From the NCBI GenBank assembly GCA_042408215.1, contig JAYFMW010000020.1:32001-96000 (forward strand): a stretch of 64,000 nucleotides of DNA, written 5' to 3'. Shown here piece after piece: positions 8,333-20,137 of this stretch. The notes beneath the pieces were generated by a model. It made no database searches and was not told where the DNA came from. It saw only the letters and a program-made list of their open reading frames with translations. Every line of letters begins with the position of its first letter. Position 1 is the first letter of the stretch. The translations under genes and the position numbers were made by a program. The stretch is from Microcoleus sp. GTDB lineage: Bacteria > Cyanobacteriota > Cyanobacteriia > Cyanobacteriales > Microcoleaceae.

Positions 8333-11300
8333 CTAAATGAAAGTGAAATAAGGTCGATCGAGATTCAAATCCGTCAGCCCTTGCACCGTCGCAATTAAAT
8401 CATCCGATTGACCAGGTTTTTTCAAGAAAATGCTAGCCACATTCCCCGAAACCGACAGGGAATAATTGTCCTTAATTCCCGAAAGGACGATCGCATCTTC
8501 CGCAGAATTAAAATCACCGATCGCAGCATTACCATCACCAGAGTAGTAGATTTTATCACTATCTCCCAACAAGAAACGGTCATTACCTTCCCCGCCAGTC
8601 AAAGTATCAAACTCCCCAACTCCCGGATTGGTAGCACTCGGATCGACACCTACTAAAGTATCATCCCCAGCGCCACCACTAACAGCATCATTACCGCTGC
8701 CACCGAGTAAGTAATCATTACCTAACTGACCAAAAATGCTGTCATCTCCCGCATCGCCGCCCAGAGAATCATCACCCTTACCGCCCCAAATTACATCGTT
8801 ACCATCTCCTCCAAAAACAACATCCGAGGCTTCATTTCCGTACAGCGAATCATTACCTGCACTACCTAAAATGCCGTCGTCACCTTTACCGCCGTAAACG
8901 ACATCATTGCCATTTCCAGCATCAATAAAATCATTGCCAGCATTGCCAAATAGCGAGTCGTCGCCGTCACCGCCACCGATGCGATCGGCACCATCTAAGC
9001 CGAAAATCGTATCATTTCCAGCTAATCCATTGAGCGCATCAGCTTGCGAATTACTGCCGAATAAGAAATCGTTCAGAGGCCCGCCATTCAAAGTGGAATC
9101 AACGGTAGTATTCGGACTGGAAATCGGAATGCTGGGCGTTAAAATTTGGGGGCCGCGAGGTGTGGGAGTTGGTGTGGGTGTGGGAATGGGTATGGGTATG
9201 GGTTTAGGAATGGGAATGGCAAACTTAGAGAGAATTGTATTGCCGGGAGTACCTGCAACATTTTCGATGAATCCAGTACCGGGAACATTGCCAGTGGTAG
9301 AGGCGAAGAAATCGAGAATTTCGATGTCGTTAGCGAGGTTGACTTCACCGTCTTTATTGAGGTCTACTACTAAGCTAGTACCGCTGCGGCCGATTCCTAC
9401 TGAACCGGGAGTTAGAGATGTAACTAAGGTAGTATCGGTGAGAACCAGGTTGTCAGTACCTGCACCGCCTTGAATTTTGCTACCAGTGGCTGTTGCGGGG
9501 TCGAGGATAAAGGTGTCGTTGCCGCCGCCACCGGTGAGGATGTCGGCACCGCCGTTACCGATTAGGCTTTCGTCTGCTGCTGCTGCCGACGATGGTATCG
9601 GCGAAAGTTGTACCGATGATAACTTCGATACCGGTGAGAGTATCAGTACCTTCGGCTGTGGAACTTCCCGCTGCGAGATTGATATTAACAGGACTCAGCA
9701 GAGTAGCATAAGACACCGTATCAATACCGGCACCGCCGACAATACTGTCATTGCCCAAACCGCCATCTAGAGAATCATCTCCATCGCCGCCGTCGAGAGT
9801 ATCGTTGTCTTCGTTTCCGAACAAAAAGTCATTGCCGGCACCGCCCAACAAACTGTCATTCCCTTCATCCCCGTACAAAGAATCTTTGCCATCTCCTCCA
9901 TTGATAATGTCATTGTCCTTACCGCCCCAAAGGCTGTCATCACCGGCACCGCCTAACAGAGTATCGTTACCTTCGCCGCCGTCGAGGGTGTCATTGCCAT
10001 CGCCGCCGTCGAGATAGTCGTTGCCAATTCCGGTACCAAGAATTACGTCACCGCCCGCCTCACTAATTTTCCTTAGTTCGTCGCCGTTCAACACATCATC
10101 GCCGGCGTTGCCGAACAGCGAATCATTGCCTTGATTGCCCTCAATCTGATCGTTGCCGGCCAATCCGTCGATGCTGTCATCGCCGCTGCCACCATTGAGG
10201 AAATCAGGGCCGGGCGTTGCTTTCAGCGGGAAACTTTTGAGGATAGCGTCCCCTGAGAGATTGCCGACTGTTTCGATAAAACCATCTCCTTTTTCCAGAT
10301 TTGGTTCCGCGAAGAAGTTGGGAATAAACAAGTCGTCAGCAACTTTGTAAACCCCGTCTTTGTTGAGGTCAATTAGCAAGTCGGTATCGAATTCGCCGCC
10401 CCGCGTGACGCCTGCCGTATCGGCGGCCAAGCCGATCGCCAGCGTGACACCATTGAGAGTTAAACTATCAGTGCCGTTGTCGTCAGCAATAATGCTGCCC
10501 CCTGCGGAAGTACCATTTAACACGTAGAAGTCATTGCCGATGCCACCAAATAGGATATCTGCACCGCCACCGCCTTCTAGGGTATCGTTACCGTCATCTC
10601 CGTAGAGTGCGTCGCTGCCAAGGCCGCCGTTGATACTGTCATTATCTGCGCCGCCACTGAGTTCGTCATTGCCGTCACCGCCAGCTAAGGTATCGTTACC
10701 GTCACCACCATCTGCAACATCGCTGCCGACATCGCCAGAAATAGAGTCATTGCCTTCGTTGCCAAATAAAGAGTCATCGCCGACATCTCCTGTGAGGGTG
10801 TCGGCACCGCTGCCGCCGAAAACTTCGTCATTGCCGTCGCCGCCGGTGAGCAAATTATTGCCCAATTCATCGTCTAGGAAGTCATTTCCCGCGCCACCAA
10901 TTAGGCTGTCGTTACCTTCGTAACCATTTAAGTAGTCATCGCCGGCATCTCCTGTGAGGGAGTCGGCACCGCTGCCACCTACAACTTCGTCATCGCCGTC
11001 GCCGCCGGAGAGCAAATTATTGCCCGATTCATCTTCTAGAAAGTCATTTCCCGCGCCACCAATTAGGCTGTCGTTACCTTCGTAACCATTTAAGTCGTCA
11101 TCGCCGGCATCTCCTGTGAGGGAGTCGGCACCGCTGCCACCTACAACTTCGTCATCGCCGTCGCCGCCGGAGAGCAAATTATTGCCCGATTCATCTTCTA
11201 GAAAGTCATTTCCTGCGCCGCCAATTAGACTGTCATTTCCTGCGCCACCATTTAAGTAGTCATCTCCGGTGTTGCCTAGGAGGGAGTCATTTCCTCCTAG

Positions 11301-14177
11301 ACCGGAAATTTCATCGTTACCTGCAAGGCCGTCGATGGTGTCGTTTTGGTCGCTACCTTGGAGGGTATCATCGCCCGGTGTTGCCGGAGTTGGTGTTGGA
11401 GTTGTCGGAGTTGGAGTTGTCGGAGTTGGAGTTGTCGGAGTTGGAGTTGTCGGAGTTGGAGTTGTCGGAGTTGGAGTTGTCGGAGTTGGAGTTGTCGGAG
11501 TTGGAGTTGTCGGAGTTGGAGTTGTCGGAGTTGGAGTTGTCGGAGTTGGAGTTGTCGGAGTTGGAGTTGTCGGAGTTGGAGTTGTCGGAGTTGGAGTTGT
11601 CGGAGTTGGAGTTGTCGGAGTTGGAGTTGTCGGAGTTGGAGTTGTCGGAGTTGGAGTTGTCGGAGTCGGTGTTGTCGGAGTCGGTGTTGTCGGAGTTGGT
11701 GTTGTCGGAGTTGGTGTTGTCGGAGTTGGAGTTGTCGGAGTTGGAGTTGTCGGAGTTGGAGTTGTCGGAGTTGGTGTTGGCGTGGGAACGCCGAGAATGT
11801 CATAGCCAGAAAGGTTGCCGACGTTTTGGAAGCGGCCGCTATTAGGCAAGTAAAAGTCTTCAATGGTCAAATCATCCCGCGATTTTACCTTGCCGTCGGC
11901 GTTGAGGTCGATCAGCAAATCGTTGCCTTGTTTGTCAATCCCGTTCTGCCCTGCTGCGAGGGTTTTTGTCAGGGTGGCGTTGTTGAGGATTAAATTATTG
12001 GCGACACCACCAACATTTTTAATTTTGCTGCCGGAGGCTGTCGTGGCATCGAGGATGTAAGTAGTGTTTCCGGTGCTTCCCACTAGAGAGTCGCTACCGC
12101 CACCGCCGATGAGGGTGTCACCGGCACCGGAGGCGACGAGGGTGTCGTTGCCACGGCCGCCGGAGAGGGTGTTGGCTGCTTCGTTGCCGACTATTGAGTC
12201 ATTTCCTTCGCCAGCAAAGGCATTTTCAATGATGCTGCCGGGGGCGATGGTGAGGGTAACAGCAGCGAGTTTTTCGCGCCCTGTTACGTCGCGGCCTGGT
12301 AAGGTACTTGTAGCACCGGGCGCGAGGTTGACAATAACGTCGTCAGTGATGGCTGCAACGTTGATGATGTCGTTGCCAGCGTTGGTGTCGCTGAGAGTTT
12401 TGCGGGCAGCATCGGTGAAACTGGCGAACTCGTTGGTGTAGATGTAGGTGTTGTCAGGAATGATATCGTCGCCGTACAGCCGCAAAGTTGCGCCTTTTAG
12501 TTTGCCGATATTGTTGCCGCTGGTGGGAGTTTGGAATGTTTGGTCTCCAATTTTTAACGGGTACTCTTTACCCGTATTTTTGGGGTCGTTGGTGGCGCTA
12601 TTATCTGAAATGTTCAGCGTCCAATCGCCAAGACCGGTTTCTCCCCAGTCGCGGGCGCTGCTGAAGGTGTAGTTGTTGAGGGGGTTGTCGAAGGATGTTT
12701 TTTTGAAACCGTAATCGTCACCGGCGGGTTTCTGCTTACTCTTATTTACCTCGGTGTAGTAAGGGACTCGATCGAGAATGACACTCTCGGTTTTGTCGGG
12801 AGATGTCAGCTTAACTACTAAGTCTTGAAATTGACCGTGCTCGATATTCAAGTCTAGTTCGAGCTTGTCGATGTTGATGCCTTGAGTAATCTTGAAGGTT
12901 TGATTGATCCCTGCGGGGTTATTGTCAGGGATATCTACCCCCGATTCTGGCAGGGTCAAATTGGCAAGTTGAGATTTCTCATTTGTTGCAGTTGCCGCTT
13001 CATTTTTGGCAGTACCCGATCGCGGCTGCCAGGTTTCTGCTAACCGCACTGCTGCGGTGGCATCGACTAATCCGAAGCCGTAGTCGTGATTGACATGGAG
13101 TCCGCCACCGTTCCAGTTTTTGGCGCCATTAAATGTCCAAGTATCTTTCGGAATTTTCTTATCTGCATACTCTGTGCTTGCAACCGGTTGATTATTCGGG
13201 TCATTTTTGCGGGCTGAGTAAGCCAGGATTTCCTGAACGTCGCGGTAGCCGAGTTTGGGATTGGCTTGCAGGATTAAGGCTGCAACCCCCGAAACCATCG
13301 GCGCCGCTGACGACGTGCCGTTAAAGTGGTTGCTGTAGTTGGGGTTCGTAAAATCAATTAGCTTTTTCGCAGTTTCGTTCGTATTGTAGCCCTCATTTCC
13401 GGTACGATCGACTGTGGTAATACTTCCTCCATCGCCGAAGGCTGAGACAAGCAGCGGCGCACCAGGATTGCTGTATGGGGCAACAACTCCCTGACTGTCG
13501 ATCGCTGCTACGGCAATTGTATAGCGGCTGTTTTCGTAATCGCCTGAGTTGACATTTCTCCCCCGCTGTTGCACTCCTGCTGTCAGGTTTGGGTTAACAT
13601 CTTCGCGCTCGTTTCCCCCAGCCCAGGCAAATACTGTACCTAACCCATCGCGGCCTTTGGTGACAGCGTTTTTGATGGCTGCAACGTTGTCGCTATTGAT
13701 ATCAAAGTGATAGTTAAAGCCCCAGCTATTGTTGGAAACGTCGAATTTCTGTTGCGCCTCTAAACTAGCTTGGCGGCCAAGAGAAGCTGATTTATAACCT
13801 GCGATCGTGGCTTGGTAAGCAATACCCACTGTACCGATATTGTTTCTTCTAGCTGCGATAATGCCAGCTACAGCCGTACCGTGATTAGAAGTCGTTGGAA
13901 AGGGGCCCCCTAAGCTGTCTGGCAGGGAAAGCGATTGATCGAAGTTGCCTGCAAAATCTTCGTGGTTTCCGTCGATGCCGCCATCGATGACGCCTACTTT
14001 GATGCCTTTGCCAGTATACTGCGGCCACAGGGGGAGTACATTGATATCGATGCCGGGAGTGCCTGCGGTGGTGACGTAATAATTGTTTTCTACTTTCTGC
14101 CCCGTGTTGAACAGCCACCACTGCTCCTTAGCTAGGGTATTTTTTAAGTCGTCTGGCAATCTGGATGGAGTAGTCAT
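8333..14177 (-). pseudogene. Large S8 (kexin/subtilisin-like) peptidase + P-domain + Pro/Thr linker + RTX Ca-binding repeats, split by one frameshift near 9580
   Basis: Triad motifs VIDGG, HGTAVAG, GTSSAAP; many GGxGND repeats; the frame from 9574 is open and continuous with ORF 9091-8333. Confidence 0.85.
11385..11785 (-). repeat. 15-bp coding tandem repeat encoding (PTTPT)n, about 26 units
   Basis: GGAGTTGTCGGAGTT units on the + strand. Confidence 0.95.
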
Positions 14178-14438
14178 AACAAGCCTCACACTGATAATTT
14201 TCTAAACTGCTGAAAGCAATGGGCACAGGGAGAGACCGATCGCACCTATTTGCTGAGACTGGCGATCGATACCCGCATCCCCCATAAGATAGATGTTGTC
14301 ATATATCGGTTGCGATCGCTTGAGTAATTTTCTCTCAAACAATTAATTACGGCTCGCCAAAATCAAACTGCATAGAACCCAAGCGATCGCGGGTTGACTT
14401 TCGCTATGTCTATTATTTCTGGTAGTGGCCGTTTGTAT

Positions 14439-14492
14439 AAGTCGGAAAAGTCGGATCTTTAAAGTCCCAAAAGTCGGAAAAGTCGGATCTTT
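14439..14492. promoter_or_regulatory. Perfect 22-bp direct repeat AAGTCGGAAAAGTCGGATCTTT upstream of the protease; possible operator
   Basis: Copies at 14439-14460 and 14471-14492 (32-bp period); function is inference only. Confidence 0.35.
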
Positions 14493-14608
14493 GGCCATGA
14501 GGGTGGTTGATGGTTGACTTTTGAGGGTTGTTGTGTTAAAGGAATTGAATTTGCCTTCAGGGGCGATCTCGAATCCTCAGCAAAGTGAATCTCAACAAAT
14601 CAGGGAAG

Positions 14609-14717
14609 TATAGCCTTTCTCAGTAACAGTGCGGTACGCTTCGGGCTTCGGGCTTCGGGCTTCGGGCTTCGGGCTTCGGGCTTCGGGCATACCTCACAAC
14701 GCTTGAGAACCGCTATA
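14609..14717. mobile_element. Small MITE with internal (CTTCGGG)n array
   Basis: Inverted ends TATAGCCTTTCTCA / TGAGAACCGCTATA. Confidence 0.65.
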
Positions 14718-14912
14718 GTTCTTCCGTACTTGTTATGCTAAATCGACTGCTGTGAGCGATCGCAAGATCTCAAATGGGTTCTATAAACATATAGAATTAA
14801 TCCGCGTTAATCTGCGTTAATTTCCAGTTAAAAATTAGTTATATTTTGCCAAGTAGAACATTTTTTTGCTAAAGTGCGATCGAGCATATAATTCGCAGAT
14901 GCAGATAATAAA

Positions 14913-15060
14913 CCAATACGGTTCAGTTAATCTCGATCCCCCCTAGCCCCCCTTAAAAAGGGGGGGACAAGAACTTACTCAAAGTCAACCCCTACTCCCC
15001 TTCTTAAGGGGGATTTAGGGGGATCCGGATGAATAAATAGTTTTAACCCAAGCGTATTGG
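14913..15060. mobile_element. MITE-like repeat with the CCCCCTTAANAAGGGGG core
   Basis: Inverted ends CCAATACGGTTCAGTTAA / TTAACCCAAGCGTATTGG. Confidence 0.65.
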
Positions 15061-15079
15061 ATAATAATAAACCCTATTT

Positions 15080-17887
15080 ATGTGGTATATTCCTATCCCT
15101 AAACAATTTAGGGAAGCTTCCAGAGTCATCGAATCTCAACTTTTTTTGCAGCCAAAACGCCTCGCCATTTTTGAAGCTTGTCTGATCGGCTTAGTGGCTG
15201 GATTGGCTGGCGTTTTCCTCAAATTAGGCGTCGGATGGCTCGGTAGTTGGCGAGTCGCTACCTCAACATTAATTCCAGCTTGGATATTGCTTCCGGCTGT
15301 CGGTTTATTAGGCGGGTTACTAACAGGTTTATTGGTTGAACGTTGGGCTCCAGAAACTGCCGGTAGCGGCATTCCCCACGTCAAAGCTGCCCTTTCCGGT
15401 GTCAATCTTTCTTTGAATTTACGAGTAGCTGTCGCTAAACTTCTGACCACTATTTTAGCAGTTGGTTCCGGTTTAACCCTGGGAAGACAAGGCCCGACTG
15501 TACAAATTGGAGCGTCTTTGGCTAGCTGGATTGGTCACTTAATGCCAACTTCCCCCGACTACCGCCGGCAATTGATTGCTTGCGGTGCGGCGGCGGGATT
15601 AGCCGCTGGTTTTAATGCTCCCATCGCAGGAGTTTTGTTTGTAGTCGAAGAACTTCTGCACGATGTTTCTGGCCTGACTTTAGGTACTGCAATTATTGCT
15701 TCTTTCATCGGTGCAGTTGTCTCGCAACTTTTGGGCGGAGACAGTTTAAATCTGAATTTACGAGAGTACCCAACCAGTTTTGCGGCTCAGGAAATCCCGT
15801 TTTACATACTGTTAGGAGTTTTAGCAGGATTGCTGGGAGCTTTGTTCAGCAAAGGGATTATTGCTGGTTTGCAATTCAATCGGAAAACGCTCAAATTAGC
15901 TTTACCTTGGCGAGTTGCTTTAGCTGGCTTGCTCTGCGGTTTTGTCATCGCTGCTTTGCCAGAAAATTTCCGCAACAATACTGGTTTGCGAGAGTTTTTG
16001 CTAACCGGAGAAGCTACAGGAAAAACAAGTTTAATTGCTTTTGTTGCTCACTTCTTTTTGACAATTATCTCCGCAGCTTCTGGAGCTCCGGGAGGATTGT
16101 TTGCACCTTCTTTAGTTCTCGGTTCTGCACTCGGCCATATCGTGGGCATTTTACAGGCAGATTTGCTCGGCGTTGGTTTGCCGGTAACTTACGCTTTGGC
16201 GGGAATGGGAGCGTTTTTTTGTGCGGTTTCTAGGGCTCCGATTACTGCGGTAGTGATTGTGTTTGAAATTACGGCGGATTTTAAGTTAGTGCTACCTTTG
16301 ATGATTTGTTCTGTAGTTGCTTATTTAGTTGCAGAAAAGGTGGATAGTGGCTCTTTGTACGATCGCCTTTTGGAGTTGAAAGGCATTCAACTGACAAAAG
16401 ATAAACCAGCCGTTGATGCTTTGAGCGACTTGTACGCAGCTAACGTGATGCAGCGCCAAGTTGAAACTCTTTCGAGTCTACTGACTTTTGATGAAGTGAT
16501 GCAGGCTTTTTCGCGATCGACTCACCGAGGTTTTCCGGTAGTTGACGCTGGAAAATTGGTCGGAATTGTCAGTCAAACGGATTTGGAAAATGCCAGCAAG
16601 CGCAATTTTACTGGGCAATCTTTGCTCAAAGAATTTATGACGGCGCAGCCAATAACTGTAAAAGCAACTGATACTTTAAGCGAAGTTTTGTACAGGCTCA
16701 CCCACTACAATCTCAGCCGCTTGCCGGTGACAGAAGGACGACATTTAGTAGGCATTATTACCCGCAGTGACATTATTCGAGTTGAGTCAGATAGATTGAG
16801 TGGAGAAACCAATCAAGGCCCGCATCCAGAACCTTCTTACATTGTATATCAAACCAGAGCTCCGCAGGTAGGAAACGGCCGCTTGTTAGTGCCTCTCTCG
16901 AATCCGAATACAGCACCGGCTTTGTTGCGGCTGGCGGCTGCAATCGCGCGCGATCGCAATTACGAACTAGAATGTCTGCAAATCATGTTAGTACCGCGCA
17001 ACAGTTCTCCCTCAGAAACCGCAGTGCGGACAACAAAAGGCCGCCGCCTCCTACAACAAGCCGAGCGAATTGCCCGCGATTGGGATGTCCCATTACACAC
17101 GCAAATACGGGTAGCTCACGACGTTCCTCACGCGATTTTAGAGACAATTGGGGAGCGACACATCGATCTAATTTTGATGGGCTGGCAAGGCGAAATTTCC
17201 ACAACTGGACGCATTTTTGGCGATGTTGTGGATACCGTAATTCGGCAAGCTGGCTGCGAAGTAATTTTGGTAAAATGGAGCGATCAATTATTACAAAAAG
17301 GCCAGAAAGGAGACTGGGGAAACAAAATGGGAATCAAGAGAAAAGCATTGAGTCAAGAGTCTGTGGATTTAACCAACAGAAACCGGGCAGAAAATCCCCA
17401 ATCTCAAATCGAAAATCCCCAATCTCAAATGGCAGAATTTTCCGCACCATATTCAAACCTTCAAACCGAGGAATTGGGGCTCCACACGCTAATGGGTTTA
17501 CAGCGCTGGCTGGTGCCAATTCGCGGCAGTTATAAGCAAGCGGCCGCTTTGCGGTTGTTACCTGCTTTGGTGGCTGCGAGTGCATTACCGGAGATTAGAT
17601 TGTGTCAGGTGTACCAGCCTTCTGTCGCAGCACCCGATCGCCATGAATTGAAGCAGGCGGCGGAGTTTCTCCAGCGCAGGGTTAGCTGTGAGGTAATTGC
17701 GACTTCCGTTTGCGCTAAGTCGGTTTCTGATGCTTTAATTGATTTGGCTCAGAACGATCAGTGCGATGCGATCGTCCTGGGAGCCAGCCGCGAAGGGCTC
17801 CTGAAACAGGTGATTCAGGGAAATATCCCGGAGGCTGTGGCGCGTGGGTGCGATTGTACGGTAATTTTAGTGCGATCGGCAAATTAG
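15080..17887 (+). CDS. ClC chloride channel/antiporter with CBS pair and USP domains
   Basis: GSGIP, GRQGPTVQIG, GGLFAP motifs; CBS (GFPVVD, RLPV) and USP (DLILMGW, IVLGASREG) domains. Confidence 0.92.
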   Translation: MWYIPIPKQFREASRVIESQLFLQPKRLAIFEACLIGLVAGLAGVFLKLGVGWLGSWRVATSTLIPAWILLPAVGLLGGLLTGLLVERWAPETAGSGIPHVKAALSGVNLSLNLRVAVAKLLTTILAVGSGLTLGRQGPTVQIGASLASWIGHLMPTSPDYRRQLIACGAAAGLAAGFNAPIAGVLFVVEELLHDVSGLTLGTAIIASFIGAVVSQLLGGDSLNLNLREYPTSFAAQEIPFYILLGVLAGLLGALFSKGIIAGLQFNRKTLKLALPWRVALAGLLCGFVIAALPENFRNNTGLREFLLTGEATGKTSLIAFVAHFFLTIISAASGAPGGLFAPSLVLGSALGHIVGILQADLLGVGLPVTYALAGMGAFFCAVSRAPITAVVIVFEITADFKLVLPLMICSVVAYLVAEKVDSGSLYDRLLELKGIQLTKDKPAVDALSDLYAANVMQRQVETLSSLLTFDEVMQAFSRSTHRGFPVVDAGKLVGIVSQTDLENASKRNFTGQSLLKEFMTAQPITVKATDTLSEVLYRLTHYNLSRLPVTEGRHLVGIITRSDIIRVESDRLSGETNQGPHPEPSYIVYQTRAPQVGNGRLLVPLSNPNTAPALLRLAAAIARDRNYELECLQIMLVPRNSSPSETAVRTTKGRRLLQQAERIARDWDVPLHTQIRVAHDVPHAILETIGERHIDLILMGWQGEISTTGRIFGDVVDTVIRQAGCEVILVKWSDQLLQKGQKGDWGNKMGIKRKALSQESVDLTNRNRAENPQSQIENPQSQMAEFSAPYSNLQTEELGLHTLMGLQRWLVPIRGSYKQAAALRLLPALVAASALPEIRLCQVYQPSVAAPDRHELKQAAEFLQRRVSCEVIATSVCAKSVSDALIDLAQNDQCDAIVLGASREGLLKQVIQGNIPEAVARGCDCTVILVRSAN

Positions 17888-18270
17888 TCAGTAGTCAGTA
17901 GTCAGTAGTCATTAGTCATTGGTCATTGGTCATTGGTCATTGGTCATTGGTCATTGGTCATTAGTCATTAGTCATTAGTTATTAGTCATTAGTCATTAGT
18001 CATTAGTCATTAGTTATTAGTTATTAGTCATTAGTTATTAGTCATTAGTCATTAGTCATTAGTCATTAGTCATTAGTTATTAGTTATTAGTTATTAGTCA
18101 TTAGTCATTAGTCATTAGTCATTAGTCATTAGTCATTAGTCATTAGTCATTAGTCATTAGTTATTAGTCATTAGTCATTAGTCATTAGTTATTAGTCATT
18201 AGTCATTAGTCATTAGTCATTAGTCATTAGTCATTAGTTATTAGTCATTAGTCATTAGTCATTAGTTATT
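17884..18270. repeat. Long heptamer array (TCATTAG/TTATTAG/TCATTGG)n, about 55 units
   Basis: Directly visible. Confidence 0.95.
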
Positions 18271-18288
18271 AGTTGGTGATAATAACCA

Positions 18289-18645
18289 ATTCCCCATTCC
18301 CCATTCCCCATTCCCCATTCCCCATTCCCCATTCCCCATTCCCCATTCCCCATTCCCCATTCCCCATTCCCCATTCCCCATTCCCCATTCCCCATTCCCC
18401 ATTCCCCATTCCCCATTCCCCATTCCCCATTCCCCATTCCCCATTCCCCATTCCCCATTCCCCATTCCCCATTCCCCATTCCCCATTCCCCATTCCCCAT
18501 TCCCCATTCCCCATTCCCCATTCCCCATTCCCCATTCCCCATTCCCCATTCCCCATTCCCCATTCCCCATTCCCCATTCCCCATTCCCCATTCCCCATTC
18601 CCCATTCCCCATTCCCCATTCCCCATTCCCCATTCCCCATTCCCA
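18289..18645. repeat. Nearly perfect heptamer array (CCCCATT)n, about 50 units
   Basis: Directly visible; ends a few bases before ATG 18651. Confidence 0.95.
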
Positions 18646-18650
18646 TAAAA

Positions 18651-19772
18651 ATGGTTCACTTTAAAATAGGCTTTCAACACTTTAATTCCTTCGCTGACAT
18701 TACCCTTTCCCTGGCGAAAACCTTAGACAAAATGGGAATTCCTATTTCTGTCGAACCGTCACAAATTGCCCCTCACGTCACGCGCATTTCCACAGCAGAA
18801 GAAAACAATCTGCTGGCGAAGTGGATGAGCAACAGTCCATCGGATTTATTTCAAATAAAATGGTCGCATTACTGGAAACCTTATTTTTTAAAAGAACTCA
18901 ACGCTCATCTCAATTTAGAATTTTTCGCGATTAATTATGAATTTGCTACTAATCACGATGAATTTGATTATTGGATGTACGATGCTGTCAATAATGGCTC
19001 TCACAAATTAGCCGTAAGTGAATATTCTAAAAACGTTTTAATCCAAGCAGGTTGTCCGGCTGCTAACGTCTCAGTCATTCCTTTGGGTTTCAATCCTTTA
19101 ATCTCGGAACAGTATTATGAAAGACCCCAAAACCAGCAGAAAAATGTAACGTCTATTCTGCACATGACCAATTCTTTTGATTTATATCGATTTGGTACTG
19201 ATGTTGCAATTCAAGCTTTTTGTCAAGAATTTCAGCGCGAGTCAAACGTGGAATTAATTATCAAAGATGGGGGAAAAAATCCTGAAGTAATAGTAGAATT
19301 AATTATGGATTTTGAAAGTCGATTTGGCAAATTTAAGCCAAAGATTCAAATAATACCTAAGTTTTTTGACAAACAAGAATTAGCGAATTTATACTTATCA
19401 GCCGATGCTTTCTTAGCTCCGTTTCGTGGCGAGGGTTTTGCTATTAAAATTTTGGATGCGTTTGCTGCCGGTTTACCCGTTGCTATGACTCTGTACGGTG
19501 GCCCGACTGAGTACGCTAATACTGCTAATTGCTATCCCATTTCTTATGAGCTAATTCCCCTAGGAAAGTGTTATGATACTCAGTATCTTAAAATTAGAAA
19601 TTTTCCTCACTGGGCCGAACCAAATGTTCAGTCTGTTCGGGAGCAGTTGCGAAACATAGTTGCAGATCCAATGCGTTTTCAGGTAGCTCAAAAAGCCAGA
19701 GAGACGGCGGATTTATTTAATTGGGAAGCGACGGCTCAAAAATTGCTAAGATTAATGCGACAGTTGTTTTAG
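18651..19772 (+). CDS. Glycosyltransferase, GT-B/GT4-like
   Basis: LYLSADAFLAPFRGEGFAIKILDAFAAGLPV; start set at ATG after the repeat. Confidence 0.85.
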   Translation: MVHFKIGFQHFNSFADITLSLAKTLDKMGIPISVEPSQIAPHVTRISTAEENNLLAKWMSNSPSDLFQIKWSHYWKPYFLKELNAHLNLEFFAINYEFATNHDEFDYWMYDAVNNGSHKLAVSEYSKNVLIQAGCPAANVSVIPLGFNPLISEQYYERPQNQQKNVTSILHMTNSFDLYRFGTDVAIQAFCQEFQRESNVELIIKDGGKNPEVIVELIMDFESRFGKFKPKIQIIPKFFDKQELANLYLSADAFLAPFRGEGFAIKILDAFAAGLPVAMTLYGGPTEYANTANCYPISYELIPLGKCYDTQYLKIRNFPHWAEPNVQSVREQLRNIVADPMRFQVAQKARETADLFNWEATAQKLLRLMRQLF

Positions 19773-19783
19773 GAGCGGAAATT

Positions 19784-20005
19784 ATGGCACTGGAAAGCAA
19801 AAGATTTAGGGGAATGTTTTTACCTACCGAAGTGGTACAATTAAAACAGCCTTGTTTTACTCCGGGGCGTTTGTTTGAGCCGGGAAAATATCAGGCTGCT
19901 GATTTGCCGGATGTGGCTTTTGATATGGGTTTGGTAGACCATTTGCCGCGTGTAAAAGGGCAGAATTCAGAAATTGTCAATGCTGACTTGCGATCGCCCG
20001 TGTAA
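19784..20005 (+). CDS. Small hypothetical protein (73 aa), probably co-transcribed with the GT
   Basis: AGGAG RBS overlapping the GT stop, ATG 19784, non-repetitive sequence. Confidence 0.6.
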   Translation: MALESKRFRGMFLPTEVVQLKQPCFTPGRLFEPGKYQAADLPDVAFDMGLVDHLPRVKGQNSEIVNADLRSPV

Positions 20006-20137
20006 GGTGCGTCGCCATCCGTAAATCTGCAAGTTCTATCCAAGATCGAAGAGCGACGCACCCTACAGATTAACACTTCAGTCCTTAAATTAAAATAATC
20101 AAAGACTAAAGTCCTGACTGCGAACCAGACTGCCAAT

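Noticed and set aside
11269..11993. Low-complexity ORFs (GVGVV, RQLQL, RSWSC, ELELS)
   Set aside because: Alternative frames of the 15-bp PTTPT repeat.
18255..18680. ORFs (MGNGEWG)n and the PFPIPHS extension of the GT
   Set aside because: Translations of a stop-free heptamer repeat; the real GT most plausibly starts at ATG 18651.
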